Positions 37,513 to 48,968 of a stretch of 64,000 bases of DNA are shown in pieces (position 1 is the stretch's first letter; the number at the start of each line of letters is the position of its first letter). The stretch is from contig CAWGMK010000010.1 in assembly GCA_963823655.1 (NCBI GenBank), positions 32,001 through 96,000 on the forward strand, read 5' to 3'. Origin of the DNA: an uncultured Bacillota bacterium (lineage in GTDB: Bacteria; Bacillota; DTU025; MWDF01). The translations under genes and the position numbers were made by a program. Below the pieces are notes generated by a model that made no database searches, was not told the origin of the DNA, and worked only from the letters and a program-made list of their open reading frames with translations.

Positions 37513-37598
37513 TGGTGCGGCGGGTGGGATTCGAACCCACACGTCCTTTCGGACAATGGATTTTGAGGCCATCGCGTCAGCCGTTGCGCCACCGCCGC
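37513..37598 (-). tRNA. tRNA-Leu(CAA)
   Basis: GCGGCGG acceptor stem, CTCAAAA anticodon loop, long variable arm, GGTTCGAATCC T-loop, encoded CCA. Confidence 0.95.
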
Positions 37599-37607
37599 AG
37601 GGCCTCC

Positions 37608-37651
37608 ACTATAGCGGAGGCTGATGGGGCGAGTAATAGAACATCTATTCG
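37608..37651 (-). promoter_or_regulatory. tRNA-Leu promoter (-10 TATAGT, weak -35 TTACTC) with adjacent LexA-like box CGAAT-AGAT-GTTCT
   Basis: TATAGT at 37608-37613, 17-nt spacer, box at 37638-37651 with one mismatch to GAAC-N4-GTTC. Confidence 0.6.
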
Positions 37652-37825
37652 ATTCCGGCAAGTGGCTTTCCGAGCCAGACCCAGCCGTCCTCAGGCGTTG
37701 GCCGCGTGGCTGTGTGGGGCTCGACTGCCACCTTCGCCCCACCGTGCCGAACGGCTAGCGGCCGCAGGACGGCGCGCGCATACTGCGCCGCATCGACCGC
37801 AGGGTCGTCGCATGGAGGCTGACCC

Positions 37826-38209
37826 ATGACGCGCGTGCTCGTCGTCCACCACGACATCGACCTGGCTGACCAGGAGGTCGACTCCCTGAGGCGGATGGGC
37901 TACGAGCCCGTGGAGTGCTCGGGTCCATCCGGCTACTCCTGCCCCGTCCTGCGTGGCGAGCACTGCCCGGCCGTCCAGGACGCGGACGTGCTCGTCTACG
38001 ACGTCTGGTCGACGATGGAATCGGGCAGCGGTCGTTCCCTCATCGAGGGCCTGCGAGAGCTCCATCCGGATATCCCCATCGTGCTCACGGCCCCTGGCAT
38101 GGAGCTCGACTGGGTGGAGGTGGAAGGCGCCCACAAGGTCGTGCCGCTGGTGGGCATCCCCACCGCAGAGAAGCTGGACGCGGCCATCAAGGAGGCCCTG
38201 GCCAGGTAG
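37826..38209 (+). CDS. Atypical stand-alone receiver (CheY-like) domain protein with a Cys-rich insertion
   Basis: RVLVVHHD, CSGPSGYSCPVLRGEHCP, DADVLVYD, HPDIPIVLT; GGAGG ribosome-binding site. Confidence 0.6.
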   Translation: MTRVLVVHHDIDLADQEVDSLRRMGYEPVECSGPSGYSCPVLRGEHCPAVQDADVLVYDVWSTMESGSGRSLIEGLRELHPDIPIVLTAPGMELDWVEVEGAHKVVPLVGIPTAEKLDAAIKEALAR

Positions 38210-38406
38210 GGTCGCTCCCCCTGCGGGGCGCCGGCCGAGCGACGGACCAGCCCGGGTTCAGTTGAAGAGGCGGCCCAGCCAGCGCCAGCGCGCGACCTCG
38301 GGGAGCTTCGCATCGATTCGCGCACTGCGGCCCGGGAGCTCCCCGTCAAGGATCGATCGATCGGCTGCGGGTGCCGGGGACGCGACTCGGTGTGCGTCAT
38401 GGCGGC

Positions 38407-39230
38407 TCAGGTCACCCTGCCAGCGCCGGCCAGGTGGGCCGCCATCCAATCCACGCCGAAGCCAACGAGGTCCGCGGCGTCGATGAGCTCGCTGTTGGCC
38501 GCGCCGACCGGTCCGACGCTGGCCCGCCCGAGGGACAGGTAGTCCGCCAGGATGTCAGCGAAGTAGTCCCGTCCCGGCAGGTAATCCACGATCCCGTGCT
38601 GTCATCGAGGCAGTCCACGACGCGGACCTCGCTGCCCCAGGCCGTGCGGACACGGCGGTAGCGGCGCACACGTCGCTTGGGCTCGATCGGCGCAAGGTAC
38701 TCGGCGTAGTGCAGGAGCGTCGTGGTGGCTGGGTCGGCACCGAGGCGCAGGACCCGGCCACGAGCCTGAAGCAGCTCCTCGAGGGGGGAGCCGGGTCCGA
38801 AGTAGTCGTCCCATGGCACCGTGGCGAGCCAGCGCTCGGCGAGCCGCCCGGCTGCCCCGAAGCGGCCCTCCGGATGATCGCTCACGCGCGTCCCGGGTCG
38901 GCGACGGAAGACCTCGGCCAGGGCGCCGACCTCGGGGTCGGCGGGCGTCGTCGTGGCATCGAAGGGCTCGGCGTCCGCGAGCAGCGCGGGTCGCTCAGCC
39001 TCGGACCGCTCGTTCACCCACGCCCACTCGTCGGCGGCTCCCAGCACCATGAGCATCGTGCCCTGCGGGCCGATGGCCTCGAGGATGGCGTCGATGACAC
39101 CCTCGGCGCCGCCCTCGACCGGGCCGATCCGCCGCAGGGAGGCATGCACCATGAGCGCATCGCCCGTCACCACGCCGAGCGCACGCAGGTCGCGTGCCAG
39201 GGCGCCGGGCGGACGCACGTGGGTCGGCAT
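38407..39230 (-). CDS. AAC(3)-family (Antibiotic_NAT) N-acetyltransferase (one frameshift)
   Basis: DLRALGV..GDALMVHASLRRIGPVEGG, PFDA, SDHPEGRF, VLRLGA..TTLLHYAEYLA, VGAANSELIDA. Confidence 0.88.
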
Positions 39231-39288
39231 GCCGGAACGATACGACGCACGACCCGAGGTCCTCGCCGCCCCGCTAGGATTCGACGCG

Positions 39289-39997
39289 ATGCGCCCGCAC
39301 GTGCTCGTGAACATGGCCGTCAGCGCCGATGGCAAGATCGACTCGCGAGAGCGTCGCGGTGCACGGATCTCCGGCACGGCCGACACGGCACGGGTGGATC
39401 GCCTTCGCGCCGCCGCGGATGCCGTGATGGTCGGGGGTCGCACGCTGCTGGGCGAGGACCCCCGCCTGACCGTGCGCGACGCGGCCCTGAGCGGCGGCCG
39501 CCAGGCGGCCGGTCGCACGGCGCAGCCGGCCAAGGTCGGCGTGACCTCGCGCATCGGACAGCCCGGGGGGGATGCCCCTGCCCTGCCCTTCCCGAGCCAC
39601 TTCCTGAGTGACGGCGGCGCGACCGTCTTCGTGGCCACCACGCGCGCCACGGACGCCGAGGCCCGAGAGTGGCTCAGCGGCCCAGGGCGTCAGCCTCATC
39701 GTCCACGAGGGAACGCGCGTGGACCTCGCTCGGCTCCTGGACGAGCTCGGTGAGCAGGGCATCGCGCAGCTCATGGTCGAGGGCGGGGGCACCCTCGTCG
39801 CCGCGCTCCTGGAGGCCGGGCTGGTGGACGAGCTGCAGCTGGCCGTGGCTCCCCTCCTGCTCGGGGGTGAAGACGCCCCGACACCCGTGGGTGGGCCGGG
39901 CTGGCCGCTGGCCGGGGCCGTCCACCTCACCCTCCTGGGCACCGAGATCGATGAGGATGACGACGTGATCCTGCGCTATGGCATCGGGCGGGGCTGA
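39289..39997 (+). CDS. RibD C-terminal pyrimidine reductase family protein (one frameshift)
   Basis: RPHVLVNMAVSADGKI, ADAVMVGGRT..EDPRL, LMVEGGGTL, LVDELQLAVAP. Confidence 0.9.
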
Positions 39998-40001
39998 CCT
40001 C

Positions 40002-42695
40002 ATGGCTGACGCCGATCCGGCCCCGAGCCCGGAGTCGCCACCCGGGCGCGCGGCCCCCGACCTTGACGCCGACACGCCTGTCGACCTGCCGCCCACCCTG
40101 CCCAGCGGCCTGAGCGAGGAGGAGGCCGCCGATCGGCGCGCCCGAGGCCTCGGCAACGTGGCTCCTCCGGCCACCACGCGCACGTACACGGCCATCGTCC
40201 GCGAGAACGTCTTCACCTTCGTCAACAACGTCCTCTTCCTGATGGGCCTTGCCCTGGTCCTCGTGGGCCGGCCCTTCGACGCCTTCGTCTCCCTTGCCGT
40301 CATCAGCACCAACATCCTGGTCGGCATCGTCCAGGAGGTGCGCGCCAAGCAGACGCTGGACCGCATCGCCCTGCTCACACGGCCGACGGCCAAGGTCGTG
40401 CGCGACGGCGACGTGCGCGAGGTGCGACCGGAGGAGCTCGTCGTCGGCGACCTCATCGCCGTCGAGGCCGGCGACCAGATCGTCGTGGACGGCCGATTGG
40501 CGGAGGGCCGCATCGAGGTCGACGAGTCACAGCTCACCGGGGAGTCGGACCTGGTGCCGAAGCGGCCGGGCGACCGGGTCTTCTCAGGCAGCTACCCGAC
40601 CTCCGGGCGGGGCCGCTACGTGGCGGAGACGGTCGGCGAGGCCAGCCTGGCCGGCCGCATCACGACCGGGGCGCGCACGTTCCGACGCACGTTGACGCCA
40701 TTGCAGCGCGAGATCCAGACCGTCATCCGGGTGACGCTGGCCATCGTGCTGTACCTGCAGCTGCTGCTCGTCGTCAAGAACGTCCTGCTTGACGTGCCGC
40801 TCGACGAGGCCGTCATCGAGGCCACCGTCCTGGTCGGCCTCATCCCCAACGGCCTCTTCGTGTCCATCGCCATCGCCTACGCCCTGGCGGCCGTGCGCAT
40901 GACCCGCTACGGCGCGCTGGTGCAGCAGGCCAACGCGGTCGAATCGCTCAGCCACGTGGACATGCTCTGCGTGGACAAGACGGGCACGCTCACGGCCAAC
41001 CAGCTGGAGCTTGAGCAGATCGTGCCGCTGGAGGGCGAGGAGGCCAGCGCGCGCGCGGCCGTGGCGCTCATGGTCGCCAGCAGCGCCGCCCTCAACAAGA
41101 CCAGCGAGGCCATCGCCGCCGCCGTGCCGGTGGCGGGTCGCGCGCCGATCGAGGAAGCGCCGTTCTCGTCAGCCCGCAAGTGGAGCGCGGTCAGCCTGCC
41201 GCCTGGCGATGAGCCCGATGCCGCGCCGGGCGGCACGTACGCCATGGGCGCGCCGACCTTCCTGCAGCGCTATCTCGCGGTGAGCGATGCGGAGTGGCGC
41301 AACATCGAGGGTCTCGTGGCCCACCACGCCGCACAGGGCATGCGGGTCCTGCTGGCCGCCTGGAGCCCGGATGCGACGACCTTGGTCGACGAGGGCGATG
41401 CCTCCGTCCTGCCGGCTGACTCACGGCCCTACGCGCTCATCGTCCTGCGGGACGTCCTGCGCCAGGACGCGGCCGAGACCCTGCGGCGCTTCCGTGACAT
41501 GGGCGTGGACGTGCGCGTCATCTCCGGCGACGACCCGGACACGGTGGCCACGCTGGCGCGCCAGGCCGGCCTGGACACGAGCCGGGGCGTGGTCTCCGGT
41601 CCCGAGCTGGAGGCCATGGACGACGACCGTTTCAGCAGCGTCGCCGAGCGGACGGCTGTCTTCGGCCGCATCACGCCCGCAGCTCAAGGAGCGGCTCGTG
41701 GGCACCTTCCGCGAGCAGGGGCACTACGTGGCCATGACCGGGGACGGCGTCAACGACGTGCTCTCGCTGAAGCGCTCCAACCTGGCCATCGCCATGGGCA
41801 GCGGCAGCCAGGCGACGCGCGGCGTGGCGGACCTCATCCTCATCGACGATGGCTTCTCGGCCCTGGCCTCGGCCATCGGCGAGGGCCAGCGCATCCTCAA
41901 CGGGATGCAGGACATCCTGCGCGTCTTCCTGACCCGCATCCTGTCGCTGGGCATGCTCATCGTCTCCGCCCTGGTCATCGGCTTCTTCCCGGTCGACCTG
42001 CGCAACGCCTCGGTCATCACGCTCTTCACGGTCGGCATCCCCACCGCCCTGCTGGCCATCTGGGCACGGCCCGGTCGCCTGCCCCGGGAGACGCTCCAGC
42101 AGACGCTGGCGCGCTTCGTCGTGCCCCCGGCGGCCGTGGCCTCCTTCCTGGGCCTCCTGGTGGCCGCGGTCGTGCTGCTCATGGCCGAGGCGGACCGCGA
42201 CGCCGGCCTCGTCGAAGCGGCGAGCGTGGAGCCCCTGGCTCGCACGGCCGTGACGGCCTTCCTCGTCAGCGTCGGCCTGCTGCTGCTGCTCTTCGTGGAG
42301 CCGCCGACCGATCGTCTCGCGGTCATCGAGCCCGTCTCGCCGGACAGGCGGCCGAGCCTGGCTGGCGCTGATCCTGGCGATCGCCTTCGCCATCGTGCTG
42401 GTCGTGCCGCCCCTGCGGGCCTTCTTCAATCTGCACCCCCTGGGTCCGCGCGAGGTGCTCGTCGTGCTCGTCGGCCCTGGCGGCGTGGGCGGCCCTCGTG
42501 TGGGTCTTCTGGCGGGGGCGCTTCGTGGACCGCTTCCTGGGCGTCGCCCCACCGGCGACCCCTCGAGGCGCCCGGTGCCACCGGAACGGCTACGAGCGCA
42601 CGAGCGGGGAACCGGCGCGACGTAGACTGCGTCATAGCGCGGCGACGGGATCGTGGGCGACTGCGCACGACTCCGCACAGTCCAATGACGCATGA
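40002..42695 (+). CDS. P-type ATPase, CtpE-like (frameshifted; stop uncertain, about 42600-42695)
   Basis: DESQLTGES, CVDKTGTLT, FSSARKWS, ISGDD, MTGDGVND; the TM4 motif reads IPNGL. Confidence 0.92.
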
Positions 42696-42708
42696 GGAGG
42701 TCGATCGC

Positions 42709-43886
42709 ATGACCAAGACCCGGACCCTGCTCGGCTCGCTGGCGGCGTGCGCGCTGCTGGCCTCGATGGCCACGTCGGCCTTCGCGGCGGGCGATGAGCC
42801 TGACGCCATCCCCATCGAAGGCGCAGAGGGCATCCCCTGGCAGCTCGTGGAGCAGTCCGTCGACGGCACCATGACCGCCGTGCCGGACGGCGTCGTCGTG
42901 ACCCTCCTGCTGGAGGACGGCGCGGGCGGCGGCAACGGCGGCTGCAACAACTACTTCGGCGAGTACACGCTGGAGGGCACGAGCCTGACCTTCGGCCCGA
43001 TCGGCTCGACGATGATGCTCTGCGAAGGGCCTGCCAGCGAGGTCGAGGCCGCCTACCTCGCCAACCTGGCCAGCGTCGCGACCTGGGCGAACACCGGTGG
43101 CTCGCTCGTGCTGGGTGGCGCGGATGGCCAGCCCATCCTGAACTTCCTGCCGGCGGCCACGGAGCCGGCAGCCAGCATCGAGGGCATCACGTGGCTGCTG
43201 ACCAGTCAGGCGGTCGACGGCCAGCTGGCGGCGCTGCCGTCCGGCGACCCGCCGATCGTCGTTTCGCTGCTGCTGGACGAGGGCCGCGCCGGCGGGCGCC
43301 GGCGGCTGCAACAACTACTTCGCCAGCTACACGCTGGACGGCTCCAGCCTGGTCTTCGGCCCCATCGGCGCCACCCAGATGTTCTGCGAGGGACCGGCCG
43401 GCGAGGTCGAGACGGCCTACCTGGCCAACCTCGCCACGGTGGCCTCCTGGGCCTCTGATGGCTCGACCCTGAGCCTCGCCGATGCGAGCGGCACGATCGT
43501 CCTGGAGTACGCCATGGCGCCCGAGGCCAGCATCCTGGGCGGCTGGGTCGCGAGCGGCCTCAACAACGGGGCCAACGCGGTCGTGACCTCGGACACCACG
43601 CCGCTGGTGACCGCCGTCTTCGATGCCGAAGGCCGCCTGACCGGCTTCGACGGCTGCAACGACTACTTCACCGACTACACGCATCGACGGCGACCAGATC
43701 AGCATCTCGGACGCCATCGGCTCGACGCGCATGGCCTGCGAGTCGGACGCCCTGTCCGAGCAGTCGCAGCAGTACTACGCGGCACTCCTGGCCGCCACGA
43801 CCTGGTCGGTGAGCCCGGACGGCATGCTCGAGCTGCGTGATGGCGAGGGCGCCCTGCAGGTGAGCTTCACGGCTGCCATGGGCTGA
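42709..43886 (+). CDS. Secreted protein with three META/HslJ domains (frameshifted)
   Basis: Signal peptide; three GCN(N/D)YF..IG(S/A)TxM(x)CE repeats; GAGGAGG ribosome-binding site. Confidence 0.85.
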
Positions 43887-44072
43887 CCCCCAGTCGCGGG
43901 CGACGCGATGGGCGCTGGCCCGACACGCTCGATGGACGAGGCGCTCTCCTGGCGAGGGCGCCTCGTGCTGTCAGCGGCCTCGCGGCTCGGGCGCAGCAGC
44001 CGGGAGCGCGCTACGATCGATGGCCAGCAGGGGGCGTCGTCGCAGGGGCCCAGACGAGCACAGGAGGTGGCG

Positions 44073-44788
44073 ATGACGCCGACACGACACGATCACGACC
44101 AGGGCGCGCTCGGACAGGCTGCCCCGGCCGAGCCGCCGACCACGCGGCGCCACGTGCTGCGGTCGGGCGGGGCCGCGGCCCTGGCCAGCCTGCTCGGGGT
44201 GGTGGGCCTGGCCTCCGTGACCTCGGCCAAGAACGGCGATCCGCTGCGTGTCGGCGACAAGTCGAGCGCCACCAAGCCCACTCAGCTCGAGTCGTCCAAG
44301 GGGCCGGCGCTGCAGGTGAAGATCAGCGGCAGCGGCGAGGGTGTCGGCGTGCGCGGCTCGGCCAGCTCGGCCAAGGGCGTCGGGCGTGCAGGGCGAGGCC
44401 ACCTCTGAGAAGGGCACCTCCATCGGCGTGCAGGGCCTCGTCGAAGTCACCCGAGGGCATCGCCGGCCAGTTCGTGGCGAAGGGCGGCGGCAGCGCCGTG
44501 GAGGCGCTGGCATCGGAGAAGGACGGGGTCGCCCTGCGCACCAAGGGTCGCCTGGAGCTGGGCGGCCGATCGGGCATCGCCTCCGTCTCGGGCGGGGCGG
44601 AGTTCGTCATCCCCGTGGCCGGCGGCCTCTCCGAGCGATCGCTCGTGCTGGCCACGCTGCAGGAGCACTTCCCCGGCGTGCACGTCGAGTCGGCCAGCGT
44701 CCTGGACGCGGAAGGAGGGCTCGTCGTGGTCCGCCTCAACCAGGCGGTGCCGGAGCCCGCCAAGGTCGGCTGGCTCGTCCTCGACTGA
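44073..44788 (+). CDS. Tat-signal exported hypothetical protein with GVxG repeats (frameshifted)
   Basis: TTRRHVLR plus a hydrophobic stretch and VTSA cleavage-like site; GVRG/GVQG repeats; AGGAGG ribosome-binding site. Confidence 0.6.
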
Positions 44789-47700
44789 TCAGGCCAGCTG
44801 CAGTCGCAGCAGGTCCCCGAAGCGCCGGCGCACGTCGGCCAGCAGCTCGGCGTCGTAGGCGACGCCCACGCCGAGGCGCATCTCCTGCGTGCGCCCGGCA
44901 CCTGCCGGGACGTGGAGCACCACCGGGGTCTGTCCCGGGCGCGACTTGATGAGCGTCCGCAGCTCGCCGAAGGCGGCCACGATGCGCTCGTTCGGGGCGC
45001 TGCCGAAGCGGACGTGAAGCACCTGCCCCGGGCCCGCCTCCATCGCCACGCTGGCAGCCGTGGCCTCGGCGACGATGACGGACCCGACCTCGTCGGGCAA
45101 CGGGGGCTCCTCGTCACGGTCTTGAGCCAGGCTGCGGAAGGCCGGAGGCTCCAGCTGGCCCGGAGAGCGGCTCGGGCGGCCCGTCGTCCGGGCCGCCCGC
45201 GGCGGGCAGGTCCCAGCCAGCCGAAGCCGCGGGCGCGGGCGCTGCCACCGGCCGATGCTCCGTGGTCGGGCCGCGGCACGGCCGCCGGACGTCGCGGCGG
45301 TGGCGCCCCGATGGTGACGACCAGGGTGCCCTGCGGCTGGCTGCCGCGCAGGGGTGAGACGCGCGGGATGGTGATGACCTGAGGCGACGCGCTCGCCGCG
45401 GCCCCCAACGGATCGACTGCCTGGATCCACGGGGCGACCGCATCGGACCCTGACCGAGCGATCGCCACGGGCACCTCAGCGCTGCCAGCGACCGCTGCGG
45501 GCCGGGTCACGGCCACCGCCGTGCGGGCGCCGTCCGTCCTTCGGCGCGTTCCGCCTGGCCGTTCGCGCGCTCCGGCCACTCCGACGCGGCCCCCGGCGTC
45601 CCCGGTCGCCCGCCGCCACCGCCTGCGCGAAGGCCTCCGGGCCCAGGGCCAGCGCCTCATCCCAGGTCCACACGGAGTCGGCCAGGACCACGGTCTCGTC
45701 GCCCTTGTGGTCGACCCGACCGGCCACGAGCAGCACGCGCGTCCTCGCGCCACGTGTCGCCGGTCTCCGCGTAGGTCCGCGGGAAGACGACGACGTCCAC
45801 GCTGCCCTGCAGGTCCTCCAGCGTCACGACGGCCATCGACTCGCGGTTCCGGGTGATGACACGGCGGATGCCCACGGCCATGCCGCCCACCACGACGCGC
45901 TGCTGGTCGAGCGGCTCGCCCACGTCGGCCGACCAGGCGTCGACGTACCTGGCCATCTCGGCAGCCAGCTCGCCCAGGGGGTGGTCGGAGAGGTAGAGGC
46001 CCGAGCAGCTCCTTCTCCCAGCGCAGCCGCTCGCGCGAGGGTGCCTCCGTGCGCACGGGCAGGGGCCGCTCGAGGCTCGCCTCGTCGTCCCCGAACATGT
46101 CGAAGAGCGAGCCCTGCCCGGTCTCGCGATCGCGGGCGCTGGGCCTGGCCGTGGGCCATGGCGTCGTCGAGGCCGTCGAGCAGCTGCGCGGGATGGCCCA
46201 GCGAGCGCAGGGCATCGACCTTGATGAGCGACTCCAGGACGCGCTTGTTGACGAGGCGCAGGTCGATGCGGGCGCAGAGGTCGGCCAGCGAGGTGAACTC
46301 GCCACCCGCCTCGCGGGCGTCGATGATCGACTGGATGGCCCCTCGCCGACGTTCTTGATGGCCAGCAGGCCGAAGCGGATGGAGTCGCCCTCCACGGTGA
46401 AGTCGAGGTGGCTGACGCGGACGTCCGGGCCCGAGCACCTCGATGCCCAGGCGGCGGCACTCGGCGATGGCGCCGGCCACCTTCTCCGTGTTGTCGCGGA
46501 AGGCCGACAGGACGCTGGTCATGTACTCGACCGGGTAGTTGGCCTTCAGGTAGGCGGTCTGGTAGGCGATGAGGCCGTAGCAGGTGGCGTGGGCCTTGTT
46601 GAAGCCGTAGCGCTCGAAGGGCTCGAAGGCCTTGAAGACGGCGTCGATGACCTGGGCGTCCACGCCGCGCTCGGCCGCCTGGCGCACGAACTTGTCCTTC
46701 TGGGCGCGCAGCACCGACGACTTCTTCTTGCGGATGGCATAGCCCAGGGTGTCCGCCTCCGGCCCGGTGAAGCCGCCCAGGGCGATGGCCGCGGCCATGA
46801 TGTCCTCCTGGTAGACGAAGATGCCGTAGGTCTTCTCCAGGTAGGGCTTCAGGAGCGGGTGCAGGTAGGTGACCTTCTCCTGGCCGTGCTTGCGCCGGAT
46901 GTAGGAGGGGATGTTGTCCATGGGCCCCGGCCGGAAGAGGGCCACCATGGCCGCCAGGTCGTAGACGGAGGTCGGCCGCAGCTCCTTGATGTAGCGGCGC
47001 ATGCCCGCCGACTCGAGCTGGAAGACGCCCGTCGTCTCGCCGCTGGAGAGCAGCTCGAAGGTCGTCGCGTCGTCGAGGGGGATGCGCTCGAGGTCGATGC
47101 GCACCCCGCTGTGCTGCTCGATGAGGTCCACGGCCTGGCGCAGGATGGTCAGGTTGGAGAGGCCCAGGAAGTCGAACTTGAGCAGGCCCAGGGCCTCCAC
47201 GCCGTGCATCTCGTACTGCGTCATGAGGGCGTCCGAGTTGGTGGCCCGCTGGAGGGGCATCAGCTCGGTCAGCGGGTCGCGGCTGATGACGACGCCGGCG
47301 GCGTGCGTGGAGGCGTTGCGCGAGACGCCCTCCAGCTGGCGCGCGATGTCCACGAGCTTGTGGATGCCCTGGTCGCTCTCGACCATCTCGCGGAACGGCG
47401 GGGCGACCTTGAGCGCCTCCTCGAGCGTGATGCCCAGCTGCGTGGGGATGGCCTTGGCGATGCGGTCCACCTCGCCGTAGCCGTAGCCCATGACGCGGCC
47501 CACGTCGCGCACGGCGGCGCGCGCCAGCATCGTGCCGAAGGTGATGATCTGGGCCACGTGGTCCTGCCCGTACTTGCGGGTGACGTAGTTGATGACCTCG
47601 TCGCGGCGGGCGTCCTCGAAGTCGACGTCGATGTCCGGCATCGTCACGCGGTCGGGGTTGAGGAAGCGCTCGAAGGGCAGCTCGTAGGCGATGGGGTCGA

Positions 47701-48837
47701 CCGGCGTGATGCCCAGGGTGTAGGTGACGATGGAGCCGGGGGCCGAACCGCGGCAGGTGGTGGCGATGCCCTGCTCGCGGGCGAAGCGCGTGAAGTCGGC
47801 CACGATGAGGAAGTAGGCCGCGTAGCCCATGGAGATGATGACGCCGAGCTCGTAGTCGAGGCGCTGGCGGAGGGCCTCGGTGACGGTGCCGTAGCGGCGC
47901 TCCAGGCCGCGCTCGCACTCGGTCCGCAGCCAGGTCTCCACGGTGTAGCCGTCGGGCACGGGGAAGTGCGGCAGGCGCAGCTCGCCGAAGGTCATCTGCA
48001 GGTCGGTCATCTCGGCCACGCGCCTGCGTGTTCAGTGAGCGCGCGCGGCACGGTCGGGGAAGAGCGCCTCCATCTCCGCGGCCGTCTTGAGGTAGAACTC
48101 CTGCGTCTCGAAGCGCAGCCGGTTGGGCGTGTCGAGGTTGGAGCCGGTGCCCACGCAGAGCAGCACGTCGTGGGCCTCGTGCTGCTCCCGGCGGACGTAG
48201 TGCAGGTCGTTGGTGACGACGAGCTCCGTGCCGGTCTCCGCCGACAGGCGCAGGAGCTTGGGGTTGAGGGCGCGCTGCTCGGGCAGGCCGTGGTCCTGGA
48301 GCTCCAGGAAGAAGCCGTCCGGGCCGAGGATGTCGCGATACTCGCCGGTGACGCGGCGCGCCGCGTCCCAGTCGTCCACCTCGAGGGCCTTGGCGACCTC
48401 GCCGCCGAGGCAGGCGGAGAGGCCGATGAGCCCTGCGCTGTGGCGGGCGCAGCAGCTCGCGGTCGAGGCGCGGCTTGTAGTAGTAGCCGTCGAGGTGCGC
48501 CGCCGTGATGATGCGGCAGAGGTTCTGGTAGCCCGTCCAGTCCCGGGCCAGCAGCGACGAGGTGGAAGGGCTGCGCGTCGGCCTTGCCCTCGCGGTCGGT
48601 CATGCTGCGGCGGGCCACGTAGGCCTCCACGCCGATGATGGGCTTGATGCCCTTGGCCGTGCAGGCCTGGTAGAAGGCCACCGCGCCGTACAGGGCGCCG
48701 TGGTCGGTGATGGCCAGGGCGTCGAAGCCGTGGGCGGACGCCTCGCTGACGAGGTCGTTGATGCGCCCGAGGCCGTCGAGCAGGCTGAACTCCGAGTGCA
48801 GGTGCAGGTGGACGAAGTCGTTCGGGGCGATGGGCAC
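44789..48837 (-). CDS. dnaE: DNA polymerase III alpha subunit (frameshifted)
   Basis: [74 protein letters not shown] clamp motif, OB-fold. Confidence 0.97.
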
Positions 48838-48863
48838 GCAGCGATGGTAGCGGCCGAGGCCTC

Positions 48864-48968
48864 GGGGCGGGCGGGGGCGTCGGGGCGCGGGGCGGGGCGG
48901 GGGCGCGGGGCGTGGGGCGCGGGCGCGGGGCGCGGGGCGCGGGGCGCGGCTGGCGCGGGCTGGCCCGG
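48864..48968 (+). repeat. G-run microsatellite (GGGGCGC)n directly upstream of the dnaE promoter
   Basis: More than ten runs of G3-G5 read directly. Confidence 0.8.

Noticed and set aside
37555-37572. C-U mismatch at the base of the tRNA anticodon stem as an editing signal
   Set aside because: A single-base anomaly in an error-prone assembly; cannot be supported without reads.
36740-37600. Integrative element or intron at tRNA-Leu
   Set aside because: The tRNA is uninterrupted; I saw no duplicated tRNA 3' end (att site) and no integrase.
44789-45700. Intein in the DnaE C-terminal region
   Set aside because: The insert is low-complexity Ala/Pro/Gly sequence with no intein splice motifs (N-terminal C/S, C-terminal HN).
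46049-48508. Long antisense ORFs (for example 819 aa over dnaE, 554 aa over secD, 551 aa over corA)
   Set aside because: Shadow ORFs expected from GC-rich codon bias; they show no recognisable motifs.
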